DNA of 64,000 bases from Lama glama (taxonomy: Eukaryota): positions 60,452,001-60,516,000 of the forward strand of contig CM052817.1 in assembly GCA_028534125.1 (NCBI GenBank). Reading direction: 5' to 3'. Positions within the stretch are counted from its first letter, which is position 1; the number at the start of each line of letters is the position of its first letter. This document shows, in pieces, positions 27,301-42,016 of the stretch. The translations under genes were made by a program, and so were the position numbers. The notes beneath the pieces were generated by a model, which was not told the DNA's origin, did not search any database, and saw only the letters and a program-made list of their open reading frames with translations.

Positions 27301-30300
27301 AAGGTGATAAGTAAAAGAAGTAAAGGTAAGTACCATATTACCCATTTGCCTATGAAAGCAGTCATTAAATGGCTTTGTGAAACTGAGGGGGAGAATTTTT
27401 TGAGTGTGAGAGAGTTAAGTATACTTGAATGCTGACACACTGAGCCAGTAGAGAGTAAGGGAAAGAAGATAAAGGAATGAAAGGTGATCATTGATGGAAG
27501 TCCGGAAGAAAGACAAAAAACTGGATCCAGAATTAGACAGAGTGCTTAATCTTAGACCAAGGACATCATTTTCCCGGGTGATGGGGGAAGTAAGGAGAGA
27601 ACCGTGTGAATGCAAGCAAGTTTTCAAATGTGCTGTCAAGAAGTTAAGGGGATGGATAAGAAGTATGTTATCTTCTCTTGGAGAAATGGGAGGTGAGATT
27701 ATATGCTAAGGGAGGAACTGTAGCAGAAAACATTAATTAGAGATATGAGGTCGGAAGTTTACAGACAGTGATTAAGTTTTGACAGAGCTACTATGGCAAA
27801 CAGGAGAGAACTAATTAGGTACCATGGAAGAATTGCCAGGCAGGGCTGTTGGCTCATATGAGGGTAGAGACCAAAAATTCATTGTAGCACTAACCTATGT
27901 GGTTGTATATTTGTATCCAATAGCATTCAGTGGATGCAATGAATTTGCATTAATGGAGGGTCTAGATTTCATCAGATTGTTTTTGTTTTGTTTTGTTTTG
28001 TTTTATTGTTTTTGACAGCAGTTCCATAAGGCAGTGAGGGGAAGGATTTGGGCAGGAAAATGGTTGAGGTGGTAAAGCATGAAATCTCACTTGGACCTGG
28101 ACGGTAGTGAAGGCAGGAGGAGTCTCAACCACAGGGAGGAAGTGTGGCTCAAGAGAATAGAGCCCACAGCAAATCGGAAGAAACTGACATTAGTTAGATT
28201 AAGTGAGAGCGCTTCAGAGGCGGGCGATTGTGTTTGAGGAGAGAGATGTGTAAATTCATGATTGGAAGGGTGGGTGGGTTCTGGACACTAAAAAAGTCAT
28301 AATTGTAAGGGCAGAGGCGGACTTCATTTAGTTACCATCTAAGATGAGTGTAGTTCCAAGCTCAATGTAGTTGCTTCGCCCTTCTCTGAATTCAAAGTCT
28401 GTAATGTATTGTCTATGCCATTCAGTTGAAATGAATCATATGCTTCAAATTATGTCTAATTTCTCTTCAGTAATATCAAAGGACTCCTGTAATCATTTGT
28501 TTATGTTTCTATATTCTGACTCCCAAATTGGATTGAAACACTCCAGCACACTGACATTATATATGTGTTATTGAAAGGGACCATAAATATTTACTTTACA
28601 GTGCTTTTTACATTGGTGTCAAAATTATTTTGTATTCTTGCTTTACAAATTTTTAAGCATTCTTAATTTTTAAATATTTATTTGTTTCTATAACTCCAAA
28701 CCGCAATTTTAATTAGCTACTGAATGTATAAAGCTTCAAATCTAGCTCTCAAGTAACTTTAAAAGTACTAGTACTATAAATGAGTTAGTAGCTTGTTAGT
28801 TCTATTTACAAATGGGGCAGTTCCTTCACATGGGCATTACACATTTGTATAATGTCTTCAAAGATACTTATCAAGGGAAAGCATTGCCATGCAAAAAATT
28901 ACCGTTTTTTTCTACAGTATAGATTTAGCAGATGTGTGTTTAAAATAAAGGTTCCACTCTCAGTATCTCTATGTCTCAAAAAGAGTGAATGGCTTTCCAA
29001 TTGACAGACTGTCAAGCTGTCAGTGTTTATTCTGTTGCCAGGCGCCAAGCATACACAATGCCTGTGGCCTTACCACCTTGAGCAGGGATACTGTCAGCTC
29101 TCATAAGCTAAGCAGGATTGTTTCTGCGTAGGATTTGAATGTGAGGTTGACCAAGTCTCAAATTTTGGACTAGTCTTGGCCCTCTTGACATTGTATAAGT
29201 AGAAGTTTTACTTTTTTTTTAATTTGGTGAGAGTATGAAAAGAATTATTTAATTTTCACCAATGCCAGTCAAAACAAAGAGCTTTCCTGCTTTGATATTT
29301 TTTACATGCTCTTTTACTTTGATGTAAGGTAGTGCTTCATTCAGTAGAGGCTGTGTTCAAGGTGTTAAGACACTGTGTATCCTTGAAGACAAATTCAGGT
29401 GAGCCTCAAAGCTAAAATTTGAAATCATCAAGATTTTCTATATACTTAAACTTTCTCCAAGAATATAGTTGTTCCTGTTTCTGTTAATCACGAAACAAAA
29501 TTTCCAAGATGAAAAGTAATTTAAATAATAATATTCTATCCAGTCTTCTAAAACTAAATTTATTAGAAGACATTAAAATAAAGATTTGAATTAAATATTT
29601 AATTTAAAGGATAAGTTTATTCTTTTAGAAGAGGACTTGTACATAATAGCTTTTTTGCTTGTGCCTGAAGTCTTCTTTGTTTGTTTTGGTTTTGCCAATG
29701 CTACTCTTTTTATTGTGAAGTCTGAGCTCCAGCATTAAAATTTAATACTCTAAATTTAATGTCTTTGAACTTTATCACAAACAGGAAAATAATGCCAGGG
29801 AAAATAGATTAAAACTGATTTCACAACCAGTCTTAATTGCATAGTAATGCTTAGTATCTTCATAAAATTGTTTTTTCATGTAAGTGGATGAAATAAAATG
29901 GTACAGCAGTGATATTCTAGCTCCTAGGTATAGTTGTTTTTTAAGTAGGCTTAGAATCTTTACTCGGGTTCTCCAGCATTAAATCTGCAAATTTAAAACC
30001 TACAGCTTTGCATTTTAGGGAAAACTTAATGTACTATTTTTGCAAAGGGTATTACATAGATTGCCATTGGTCCTTTTTTAATGAATTGAAATGTTTTACT
30101 GCCTTGTACTTAGAAGAAAGCACAACCTTGCCTTCAAACAGCCAATTATTATATACTATACTGGTATTCTTCAATGTTGTTTGTATTCTGATTCTGCAAA
30201 ATCTAAAATAACATTTTCCTTTTCATATTGTCCTGCTTTATGTTTCTTGTAGCACTTTTTGTAAGCTGATGTTATATACATACATATAATTATACATACA

Positions 30301-30919
30301 GTCCTTATAAATGTGTATATATGTGTACATATATGCATATGTAAACACACAAGTAAATATAATAAATTTACCTCTTTATAGCCTGTCTTTCCCATTGTAA
30401 TGTAACTTCAAGAGTTGAGAATGCTCCTTTGTTCTTGCTATGTCTCCCAAAGCATGGCATATAGTAGATACTCATTAAGTAGTTAGTAGATTAACTAGTG
30501 AATAATGTGCATGCTGACATAAGAATCTAAGATTCTTTTCTGCATCTACAAGTGTAACAGCTGTGAAAATAAATAATAAAAAATATACGCACATAAATGA
30601 TTGTTGACATGCCAGATTAGAAAGTGTTTGTGTAATTGCACCATTTCCATCATTGTATCCTTAATGCCTAGCAGAGTTGGCCCTTTTGGTCACAAAAAAT
30701 ATAATCAATAATTTTAGTGATTATTAGGTAAGAATTTTTATATTTTGTTTGCAGGCATTCAGAGAGAACAGGGATATAGTAGTTTGATTATTTTAAGCAA
30801 ATACATTGATTATTCTAGGCAAAATGGAAGGGCACACAAAAGTACAGGTTTGTTAGCAATTATTGGTATTTGTAATTCCAGATCATTTTCAAATGACTAG
30901 GCTAGATTTAATATGTTGT

Positions 30920-31110
30920 AATGTGGAAAACATGCATAGCCTTTTCTGTCAGACATACCTGGGTTGAAATTCTGTCAGTTACTGACTATGATCTTAGGAC
31001 TACTAAACCCAATGAATCTCAATTCCTTTATCTGTAAAATATGAATAATTTTATAAGGGATACCTATTCCTTAATACTGTTGTAAAGATTAAGTGAAAGT
31101 ATGTTTGTGG
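30920..31110 (+). mobile_element. MIR SINE
   Basis: gtcagacatacctgggttgaaattctg..tctcaattcctttatctgtaaaatatgaataat..gttgtaaagattaagtga. Confidence 0.75.
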
Positions 31111-34100
31111 GTTATATAATGATAGGTAATTAAAATAGTGCCAATTTGAAAATGGATAGTAAACTATGTGATTCATTTTTAAGCCAACACAAGAAATACA
31201 AAGTTGTTTCTGTTGCTATTCTGACAAGAAATTGCAAGAAATTGCTATGTGAGGTGGAGGAATAATTTCATTTTAGACATGATTGACAGAGCATTATGCA
31301 TGATAATCACAGTGATAACATGAAAAATTAACCTTTTTGTTGTTTAATGTACTTTCTGAATCTAAAATTCTACAAGTCTGTTAATCAAAACTTGGAAGCA
31401 TCTGTAATTTAATAGGAAGCTAATAGCAGAGAATCTGGTAGCCAACATAGCCTGCATAAACCCAGTGTTTATAATTAAACTCATTATTGGAAAATCTGCC
31501 ATCCTTATTTACTATTACATTTCTAATGATAAATTTATGTCTTGGAAGCCTTATATAGTGGAGAGAATCTACAAAATACTCTGAATTGACAATCTGTTGT
31601 GAACATTCCAACTTTTTTTCTCCTACCCTACTATATATTTAATATATGTGATAAACTTAGCTCCATCAGCTTTTATTTTGGTGTGTCTTCAAAAAATATT
31701 GTGTATCTCAAACTCATGTGAGATTTAATCTAGTACCTTATAAAATTTCCAGTCTGCTAGACCTTCAAAATAATTGACCCAGCAGCTTCCTGATGGGTAA
31801 GGGAACTCTACACTATTGAAAAGTATATACTGTGGAGTGGATCATTTCTGCCTCAAAGGGAACCCATGTCCTATTGCTACATAGACGAAAGAATTACAGC
31901 TATATCCAGTGATGGTTAGAGTTAGTCTGATCTTTATGAAAGCGTTAGCTGTTGCTCGGATTGAGATAACTTCTGAGGGAGTCCTGCTTCAGGCAAGCAG
32001 CATTCACTGCCTCGAGAGAACAGGAGCTATCTCTTTTGGTGGATGGGATGATGCTGACTTCCTAGCACGGAGAAAAGATACCTGATAGTGTACAATTCCA
32101 GTTCAAATTTCTATCAAATTAGAACGAACAACTTTTTTTGGAAAGACTACAAAGTCTGGATTGCTGGCCTGGTATGGATTATTTTACTGCTTCTGAGGAA
32201 AGAGCTTATTATGAGGAAAGTAGGTGCTATTAACATGCAGACTCTCAGTAAATCTTTACAGACATGTGTGCTTGAAAAGAGATCCAGAAAGTCTGTGGCT
32301 GAAGATTGACTGTGTTAAAAGTTCAAGACCGTATCTGATACAAAGGAGGCAAGGTTCAGTTTCCTTCCCAATCTACTGGACAGCACCCACTGTAAGAACA
32401 CTAGAATCTACCTCACTCCAACCTCTCTCACACACACAGACACGGACATACAACACACGCCACGACCACCGATGAAACTCCAGTCCAGCTCAGATCCACC
32501 CACACAATGTAGTTTCAGCTACAAATGTTGATTAATATCCAGGACCCACCACAGGAGCAATAATCATTAAAGCAATCTAAGTTAAGAATACACAAAATTG
32601 AGAAGCATTTGCTCGTATGTTCTCCTTTGGCAAGGTCTCATTGTCCTGATTGAACTTTAAGTGGAGATAGCAAAGATTTATTTCAGATAGGTTGAGTGAA
32701 GGGGTTACACAGCATGTGAGTCATTTGTCCGCATATGTCAAAATTCACAATAGATTCATTTGTTATACGGTGACATGCCTGGTACAGTAGATTCAGTTGA
32801 ACCATAATCCCAAGGGTTTGTCATTGTACCTCAAATTATCTGCTTTCTTTCACCTCTAAATTTCTCTGTAGTCTGGTAAAATATTTGATTTTAGATCTTT
32901 CATTTTTCTCCCAGGCTTGTCTTGACTCCTTCAGGGGATTATAAATTCTCTTTCAACAGGAACTGGGTTTAATGTATTGGAGTGATTATAAAAATTTAAA
33001 TAATCTGGGCACATATCTCACCAAATTTGCTAACAGAACCTTCACAACTCATTTGTTTGGAGGTTCTTAATTCAAACTAATGAATTATTATATTCATGTT
33101 AGTGATGAATAATTGAAATTGTAATCATGACTTTTGGTCACTGCTAACTGCACTGCCTCCTTTCTTTTCGTCCCTCTAGTAATTTGATCTTCCTTTGTGA
33201 CCAGGAGACTTGACACACTAATGCTAGTCAGACACTATTACATTAAGACTTTTGTCCCAATTAAGCTGTTCTATGGTGATTGGAAAATGAAGAGATTGGC
33301 ATTTGTTCATTTATTTTGAATAGAAACTGTGTTATTAGAAAAATTTTTTTGAGACTTGGGATGGCTTGGATGTCTGAACTATTGCCCCTTTAAAGTTTCT
33401 GCCATTAATTTGGATATTGTTTCCTCCAAGATTTCTTTCTTGACAAAAAGGCAGTGTGGTACAATAAAAACAAGTAACACAATTTGTTCCATTTTCAAAG
33501 AGTAGGAACAATTGATTTGCATGCTAAAACCAGTAAGTATTGACTGTGCTATAAAGACAGAAATCTGCTGTTTAGCAACTGATCTTCATCTCCAGTAGCA
33601 TGGAGACTGGCGACATGTGGTTGTGAATGGACAGCATGTTCCTCACTCTACTCTTGGTCTTTGAGGAGAGAATATTCAAATGTATGGTATTTTTACTGAG
33701 ACCTTGGACCCGTACAACCTATTAAGGCAAACATGATCTTACTTATCTGATGGAAAATATTTCCTTCTTTAATCATGCCTCTCTTTGAAAATGTGTACAA
33801 CTTCATAATCTTGCATCCAATAAATGTTTATTTCTGGCTATGAAAAATGAAAAAAAAAAGCATTTTCGAGTTAGTCATGTAGTTCTGTTTTAAAATGTTT
33901 CATATTTAAAATTCTTTTTGTAGTTGTTGAGTTTGGTGGTCTTCTGATAGCAGGGTTATTGCTACAATACAGGCTATTGCTACTGTTAGTTTCCTCCTTA
34001 TATTTGCCTATGTTTTCCAGATTTTCTGCAAAAGGCATATAATACTATTATAATTAGAAAAAAAGTTAAGTTTTTAAAGTTAAAAATAATTTTGAAGTTC

Positions 34101-37045
34101 TCTTTGTGTTTAGAGGAGAGAAACTATTTCTGAAACTTCATCAGAAATACCAAGTAATTGAGAATTTGAGGACAAAAGTTTTCATGTCTGTATTTGAAAA
34201 ATTCTGCTCTCTGGCTCTGGCATTCTCTGATTCTTTCATTCCAATGCCATCTTGCTTTCATAAAGCATTCTGAAGTGCTGTTTTTAAAATGGCAAAACAA
34301 TTCATTTTATTTGTTTCCAGATACTATCTATGACATTAGAATATACAATTTATATCTCATTTGAAGGACTATACCATGTTGAATTAATTTGTAGCCTTAT
34401 TTATTAAACAATCTATTTTTAATTAAGATAAATGTATCTAATATAATTTTACAGAATGGCAATTTTACATATAATAATAAACCTAAAAATTCTTGCCATA
34501 ACCAACATGATTTTTAATATGTGAAATGTGTCTTCAAATGATTTCCTTTGGTGAGAGTTTGAAAGAACGTTGGAACAATACCTCAGAATTATACATTTAT
34601 TTGTTCTAACTTAAAAAAATTAATATTTGATACCTTTTCCTATAAAATTTAGGTTACTTGGATTTTATGGTAAATAATTAATTTAAAATAATTTATAATT
34701 AAATAATTTCATATTATCTATAAGGTCTTATTAAAATATAAATGTCCACATTATTTTATATCCTGAAACTAGTAGTCCATGCTGGATCCCAAGTGTTTAC
34801 TAACCATTAAAAAAGTAGATAAATGACTGAAGAAGTAATAAAAATTTTTAAAAGCTTAAAAAAAGAAACATGTCTTATTCCTGCTCTGATCTGCAGTTTC
34901 CATAGGCGCTTAAATCATCAAATATGTATCATCCAAAATTTTGTCATGCTCAAAAGAGTTCTGATGAACAGTTTTTTAAGGTGACGGTTAAACATTTTTC
35001 TTCAAAAATAAAGCCTTATTATTTAGATGCATAGCATTATTATCAGTTATTAAGTCAATGCAACTTGGGTGTTGCTGACATATATTCCACTTCTTGTTGA
35101 GGCTACAAATGTTATTTTGAGGAACAGTTTTTTAACTTTAAATTGTCAGCATTTTCACCAGGGTCTTAAATGTCTTTCCAGTAAATTCTGTATGAATTTA
35201 ATAAATAATTTATTGAAGTTGTATAGAAAGCTAAGTTTGCATAGCATTCTTTCTAACATGGAAAATGAATGTTTGAAAATGGAGATGATCTTTTTAGTAA
35301 TTAGAGGCACTTTTATTAATAACTGCAATTCAGGTGCATTGAAGGGGTTTTATACTTATTGGCAATGAACTTTGATTTTAAAATATTCAATAAATACACT
35401 TTATCGGGGTTATTAAGCTTCATTATAATAGTAAAATAGTACTTCTAGAATTATTTTTTATAATCAAAAGTGAAAAATGAATCTCACTGTAAAAAATAAT
35501 TTTAAAATATCTTGGATTAATAGGTTATGCCTTGAAATGTCTAATTAATAAAATGAATGCATCTAGCTGAATATAATCACCCTGAGAAAGTCACTTGATG
35601 CTCATGAGGAGAAAAGTACTTATCTCCTGAAAATGTTTTCAAGTAATTCTTAATCAGAAGCTATGGAAAGTTTTATTACCCTGGAGTGCTTGAATAAAAG
35701 TAGTTTTTGTGGGTTTAAATTGGAAAAGCATTTGAAATGCTTTGCTTGAGATTTCTTCTTTTGATTCATTCAAGTCTTATATGAATCTGTATCCCAAACT
35801 GAGATGAGAAATCTTTCAGACCCAGACTAATGCATTTCAGAATGTCTATTGCCATTTAGAGCAATAGTATGATCTGAATAAGTGTATTTTCATTAAATAG
35901 GAGACAATGTCTTTTAGGATTGTGGGGAAAAGTCAGATTTCTGTCTCTCATATAGGAAATGCTGTACTAATGGATATTTTTCCCTTCCAAAGAAAATTGG
36001 AAACTGGGGAATTACTCTTGGAGGCAAATAAAATAATTCCAGTTCAGGAACTGGGTTCTTGTCCATTCTTTAACATACCAAGTTGCAGCTATTAAGTGAA
36101 ATATCTCTATCTTACATATGTAGACCTGAGTTTTGTGGGTTGAAGACCCTCTTAAAAATCATTAGTTTGTTTGAATAACCAAGCCTAGAGTTCTAGACTT
36201 CCGTGTTTTTTCCACTGCATTAAAAGTTCTTTCCACAATTTCAAAATCTATACCTTTTATGGTAAACAGTAAAGGTGAGATCTGTTCTTTTTTTTTTTCT
36301 TTCAGATTCTAAGTATGGAACAATCTTGAAATGTATTCATAGTTTTTTTATAGCTTATTAAATCCCAAGGGAAAAATCTGCTGTATTTAAAATCTCACTA
36401 ATAAAAATTTCTCACATTTTCCTAGAAAATAACGTCAATCCTCATGCTTTTCTCTTGAAACTCCTGGTTATTAAAATATGTGTAGATATTTTTGTCTATG
36501 TTTTATTCTACTTTTAACTTTATTCTACTATGCTTTGTGTAATATTTAATTTTTAGTCTTGTCTTTTTTTTTTCCTTTCTCTGTTCAATTTTGATTTGTC
36601 ATTGTAGAGGTAATAGTTCCATTCATTTGTTCAAAACCTTATTTTCTTTTCAGTGACAGCTACATTTTACCTTACTCTGAATTGACATTCAGTTTTAGCT
36701 TATTATTGTTAACAAAAGCCCATTTTGATTAAAAATAAATGGGTGCAGGTGAGAGTGACTTGAATTTCTGATAGAATATTTTCATAAATTATTTTTAAAG
36801 AGATGTTTTATAATCCTAAGTAGAGTTTTCCAGCCACAATGTTTTTTGCCACAGTGTAGTCCGACAAAAATATATTTGAGCTACTATGCCAGCCATCTTT
36901 TTTTCAAGATGAGGTTTGGGTGAATCATGACAAAGCAAGGATAGCCCGATGTTGAAGTATTCAACATCAGATTCAAGACCATGTAATATCAGCAAGCAGT
37001 TATGAGTACTTACTATTGATAGAGTTATCTTTTTTAATGAGAATT

Positions 37046-37098
37046 TAGATAGAGATGATAGATAGATGATAGATACATAATAGAAACATGATAGATGG
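37046..37098. repeat. Degenerate (GATA)n microsatellite
   Basis: tagatagagatgatagatagatgatagatacataatagaaacatgatagatgg. Confidence 0.6.
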
Positions 37099-38221
37099 TG
37101 TGGATATACATATCTTTATAAACACAAAAGCAACGTAGACCAAAGACATACTGTATTCATAACATATACAGAGAGAAAAATAGGTAGGATATTTTGTGAG
37201 TTATACTATATGTTAAAAGCTTCATAACAGACACATTTACACACACAAATAACTCTGCTGCTGCTTTGGATCTTATATTTAAATAGTGTGGTAGCATAAG
37301 ATATAGAAATCTAAAATTATTCAGAACATTAAGATTGTGCTATGCTTATGATTGTATAACTTTATTAGAACAACTGATTTGAAAATAATTTGCTTATTTT
37401 GGGGGGGCCATGCATGTAGAACAAAAAAAATAGTGGCAGCAGAAGATTCACAACTAATTTAGCAACTTAATAATCAAGTCAATAATAAGTAGAAAAAAGC
37501 AAAATTCATTCTGGATGATTGGAAACATAGAAATACATTATATTTGTAGTGCCTAGCATTTTAACCTGATTTACCTGATTTACTTAATAGCAATAATGGA
37601 AATTAGCCCCAAATATAAGAGATATCAAGAAACTAGCTAAAGTTTTGATTGTCTGATGCCTTAACTTGGATATAATTAATAACTAAATTTAGAAATTATT
37701 GAAGAAAAGGAATTATGTAGCCTCATTACATTTTTTTTCTTATTACATTTTAATCAGCGATGCAGCTCAATGCGATGCAATCACATTGTGTTTAAGGGTA
37801 GTAGGCAATGAAACCAATAATTTATAGATTAGTCTAGCCACAATAATTTTAAAATATTATAATTCAGGAAATAGTCTAATCATTTTTATTTATAGAATAC
37901 TAGTTTTACAAATATTAAAAATTGCTTCCACAGATAGAATTTAAACCTGTAAAGAATAAACTAAGAATGTATTTCATACTTTTATGTTTAGTGAAGAATT
38001 CTTTTAATATTAACCACTTACTAAAGAGAACTGTTATAAAGTATTTTAAGACAAATTGCATTTTTAATGTTAAAGCCTGTCCTTAATTTTGATAGCATTT
38101 TATGAATTCTCTTTTCTGCATTGTATAACAAAAATATACTTTTTGAATAACATTATGTGTGAATACTCCTACCTGGTAATATCTACTCACTATTTTCCTA
38201 CTTCCCAATCAAAAAAAAAAA

Positions 38222-38327
38222 TTTTTTTTGAAGTATAGCTGATTTACAATGTTGTGTTAGTTTTAGGTGTACAGCAAAGTGGTTCAGTTATGTATATACA
38301 TATATATTCTTTTTCAAATTCTTTTCT
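38222..38327 (-). mobile_element. Short L1 3'-tail insertion (cetartiodactyl type)
   Basis: ttttgaagtatagctgatttacaatgttgtgttagttttaggtgtacagcaaagtggttcagttat. Confidence 0.8.
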
Positions 38328-38649
38328 GCAGATCCAGTTTTTTCCTTAACTTCAACAAGGCACAGAAGCAAAATATAATCTTTCTAATTGTTTGTTGCTG
38401 GGAAAATTATTGACAATATAAAATATTTTAATTCTACTGAATTATTATAAAATACATACACAGAATTATAGGAATACTATAATTGCAGACCACACTTTTT
38501 AAAAATATGGTTCCCATGGAAGCATGTAATTCTTGCTTAAAAAGATAAAATCTGGTTGTTTGAATAGTAAAGTCTGTACTGTTATGGAAAGGACAGCAAT
38601 GGGCCTTAACGAACAAAAAGGACTTGGACGGAGACAAAGGCCACGCCTG

Positions 38650-38930
38650 TCACTTGCAATAAGAAAAAGAATGGCAGTGATAAAAATTGGCAGAGATATT
38701 TCTTAATAGAAGTTTAGGTGAAAATGAACTGCAGATTTTAGTTGAGTACAAAGTCAAATGAAACAATAATGTTCTAAGTCCACCAAAAAGCTGATGAAAT
38801 TTACTGAAGTCATTAAGAAAGTGATGTTGCAAGAGAAACCCACGAAGGAATTAAAGATCTTAAATATAACAAATATGGCATATGAATACTGTGTTCATGG
38901 TATTAATGGCAGCCAGGTACAAAAAAGAAA
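38650..38930 (+). mobile_element. L3/CR1 fragment
   Basis: gtgaaaatgaactgcagattttagttgagtacaaagtcaaatga resembles the L3 3' ORF2 region. Confidence 0.45.
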
Positions 38931-39764
38931 TGGTGATGTTTTATATTAATTCAGGCTCATGTTTTGAATCAAAGACAGATAAATATGGCTTTGTGCAAGG
39001 CTCCTTTCTGGTAAGATTTGAAAAGCAGCAGGATAATGTTCATCTTCGCCCAAAATATCTTTAATTATCCATGGAGGTGCCTGATACTTCACTGTTAATT
39101 TCGCAGTGCAACATCTAGACACCAGCTTTTAAAATGATTTGAAAAGAAGGAGTTACCACTTTCAGCTGTAAATAACCTATGATTAGAACGTGTATTTACT
39201 TATTGTCCTCTCTTTTCATAAACAGAATGTGTGTGGAAATGAGATAATTGAGGGAAGAATTAGATCTTAGAGCCCTAGGAAGCAGGTAGCCCAAGCGAGG
39301 AATATTACTAAGGGCTGATGCACTGACTAGGTAACTGTAAGGCAGTGGAGCCAGGGAAGATACGTTTTCAGAGAAAGGGAGAGAAGATCAAAGGGAGAAG
39401 CATACAGTAGGTACCTGTCGCCTGCTTTATTCCTCTGTTTCAAATGAAGTTTGGTTACATTCTCAGATTGTACATATTTGCACAATGTTGTATCAGTAAA
39501 TGAAAAGATGGGTAATGAGAGGGACAGGTACCTGGAAGCCATGTTAGTTGGCTTTGTAGTGCTTAGTAGCACCATCTGGAATTAAGGTTCAAAAGTTTGA
39601 ATGAATTTAGCTTTTCAATAGATTATCAATGAATGGTATTACTATTAATACATGGACAGCTCCATATTAGTCATAACCAGGCACTGAAACTCCCAGAGTA
39701 TCTGACCTCTCACCAGCTAGTTTTCTAGTGCCCTAAAGAAGAAATCGGTATCCCTTTTAAAAAT

Positions 39765-39900
39765 AGCTATGAATATGTTCATTATCTTGATTTTTGAAAT
39801 AATTTCACATATACATATGTATGTCAAAATTTATCAAAATGTACACTTCAAATATATGAAATTTATACTGTCAATTATACTTCAGTGAGGAAGTTTAGAA
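39765..39900 (+). mobile_element. L1M 3' end fragment
   Basis: atgttcattatcttgat..tatgtcaaaatttatcaaaatgtacacttcaaatatatg..tgtcaattatacttca. Confidence 0.7.
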
Positions 39901-41151
39901 AAGCCCATTGCAGAGCTAATTAAATTGATAAATAAAATTCTTTGACTATCAAAATTTATGTTTTTAATTTTTATATTAAAGTCTTTGATTATCCAGATGT
40001 ATGTAAACAGATGAAGGAGTTAAGTCAGTTATGTGCTTTACCTCGTATTTCACAAAAAATGTGAATGTAATGATCACATATGAGGTTCAAAAACCTTGTC
40101 AATTAACTTTATAGTGCAAGTTAAACTAGTCCTTCTAACTGTACATATCTCCATGCTCCTGGAATTCTAGTTGTTTTCTTAATTCTCTGAAAATGACTAT
40201 ACTTAATATTGTCTAAGTAATTTGGAATGTATTTTAAAAATATGTACATTTCTGCTGCCATTTTCATTAGTAAAGCAGAGTTAAATAAATAAAGGCAATA
40301 GTTTTTTTCAAACATAACACATTGCCCATGAGATATTAAAATTTATGATTTTCCTTATTGGTTTATATAAGAAGATTTAGGCGAACTTTTAAAATGTAGT
40401 ATGTGTCTGTACAAACTGTAAGTTAGCTATTAAACTATTCTAATTTTAATTCTCATTTTCTTACATACCATGCACACTTACTTTAGAGCTGTGTTATAAG
40501 CAGTATCAGTACTTTGCCACTCTTGAGAGGATGTTCCTCGCTAGCATATCTGATCCACCATAAGTCCATGGGGTTTATTACAGCGTCAAGTTTGTATTAC
40601 TTTATTTTGGAAACAAAACTTTATTTATAATTTAAATTGCTTTTTTATTCTATATGTTATCTGTATGAGGAACTGTTAAAATTTAATATATGATATCAAA
40701 TTTTAATCATCAGAACACATCTTTTGAGCTCATTGCCTATAATTTTTCAAAAAGCCCAGAAAACCCTGTAATGAATAGAATCAATAGAATAGTAAAGTGA
40801 CACAATAAAAATTTTCTAGATATTTCTTTCTTTATTAGAAATTTGCAAATTAAAACAATGACAGAGTTTGCATACCACTACATTGAAACAATTTGAGTAA
40901 AGCAAAAAGAAAGAGGAATTGGAACATCAACTGTTATTTCTACCCAAAATCTGACTGCTTTATTTTGTGGCATTTGGTCTTTGCAAAACACTCAAAATAT
41001 AAATCCTTGTTCTATAACCTAATGGTCAGCCTGATAGTGTGTTAGTCATTAGTACTGGTTTGTACTTGCAGTTAAGTGCATTCCTATTGTGAAGGATTTA
41101 AGAGACCCTCTAAAGATGTAGCTGACTAGCCATTTAGCCAACTCTCTAATC

Positions 41152-41325
41152 CAGGGGTTGGCAAACATTAAAATATTTTAGGCTTAAGAGCCACTTATGG
41201 TTAAATAGTCTTTTTAATATATGTATGTATGTATTTTTTATAATTCTTTAAAATGTAAAACTTATTTTAGCTCAAGGACTGTACCAAAAAGAGGCCCAGG
41301 GCCAACCATCGTTTGCTGATCCCTG
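41152..41325 (+). mobile_element. hAT-Charlie MITE (MER58-like)
   Basis: Terminal inverted repeats caggggttggcaaac / gtttgctgatccctg, with internal aatattttaggctt and aatgtaaaacttattttagctc. Confidence 0.75.
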
Positions 41326-41760
41326 GAGTTATTTTGCAGATTTGGCTTCCTCCACAGAGGGTTCAAGGACACTTGAAAGAATAAAAAAATATTAAAATAA
41401 ATAATAAAGAATTAGCAAATAAATGATATATTAGAACTAAGTCAAGATCAAATAAAGGAAAACTAAGAAACAGAGAAACCAAAATATGCTAAAGTCAACT
41501 TATATAGTTAAGATACTTAAGATACTAGAGCTTAAGAATTTGGTTCCAGTCTCTTAAAAGCCCAAAAAAGACATGGTCGGTTACACAGGTATTATTATTA
41601 TTAAAACGATAAAACATACCATACGCTTCAAAATAGTGTCTCACAAAGGACTTTATTCTCCTCAATAGCGTTTGTAAGCCAAATGTACATATGACTGTTT
41701 TGACATAATTTTCTGATAAAAGCTGAGAATGTAACTATGAATACCCAAGAAGGCAATTCT

Positions 41761-42016
41761 AAACAGTTTTAGGGATTTTCAACCAAGTACATGGTCTTCT
41801 AAGTTTCCAAGCTGATTCAAGAGGAAAAGATAAAATGCCCTGGAATTAGATGTTCTTCAAATAATTATGCACATATATTTCCCACTTCAAACAGTTTTAG
41901 GGATTTTCAACCAAGTACATGGTCTTCTAAGTTTCCAAGCTGATTCAAGAGGAAAAGATAAAATGCCCTGGAATTAGATGTTCTTCAAATAATTATGCAC
42001 ATATATTTCCCACTTC
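41761..42016. repeat. Perfect direct tandem duplication, 2 x 128 bp
   Basis: 41761-41888 is identical to 41889-42016 by base-by-base reading. Confidence 0.95.

Noticed and set aside
38211..38229. A11-T8 palindrome
   Set aside because: Explained by an antisense L1 poly(A) tail abutting a genomic A-run.
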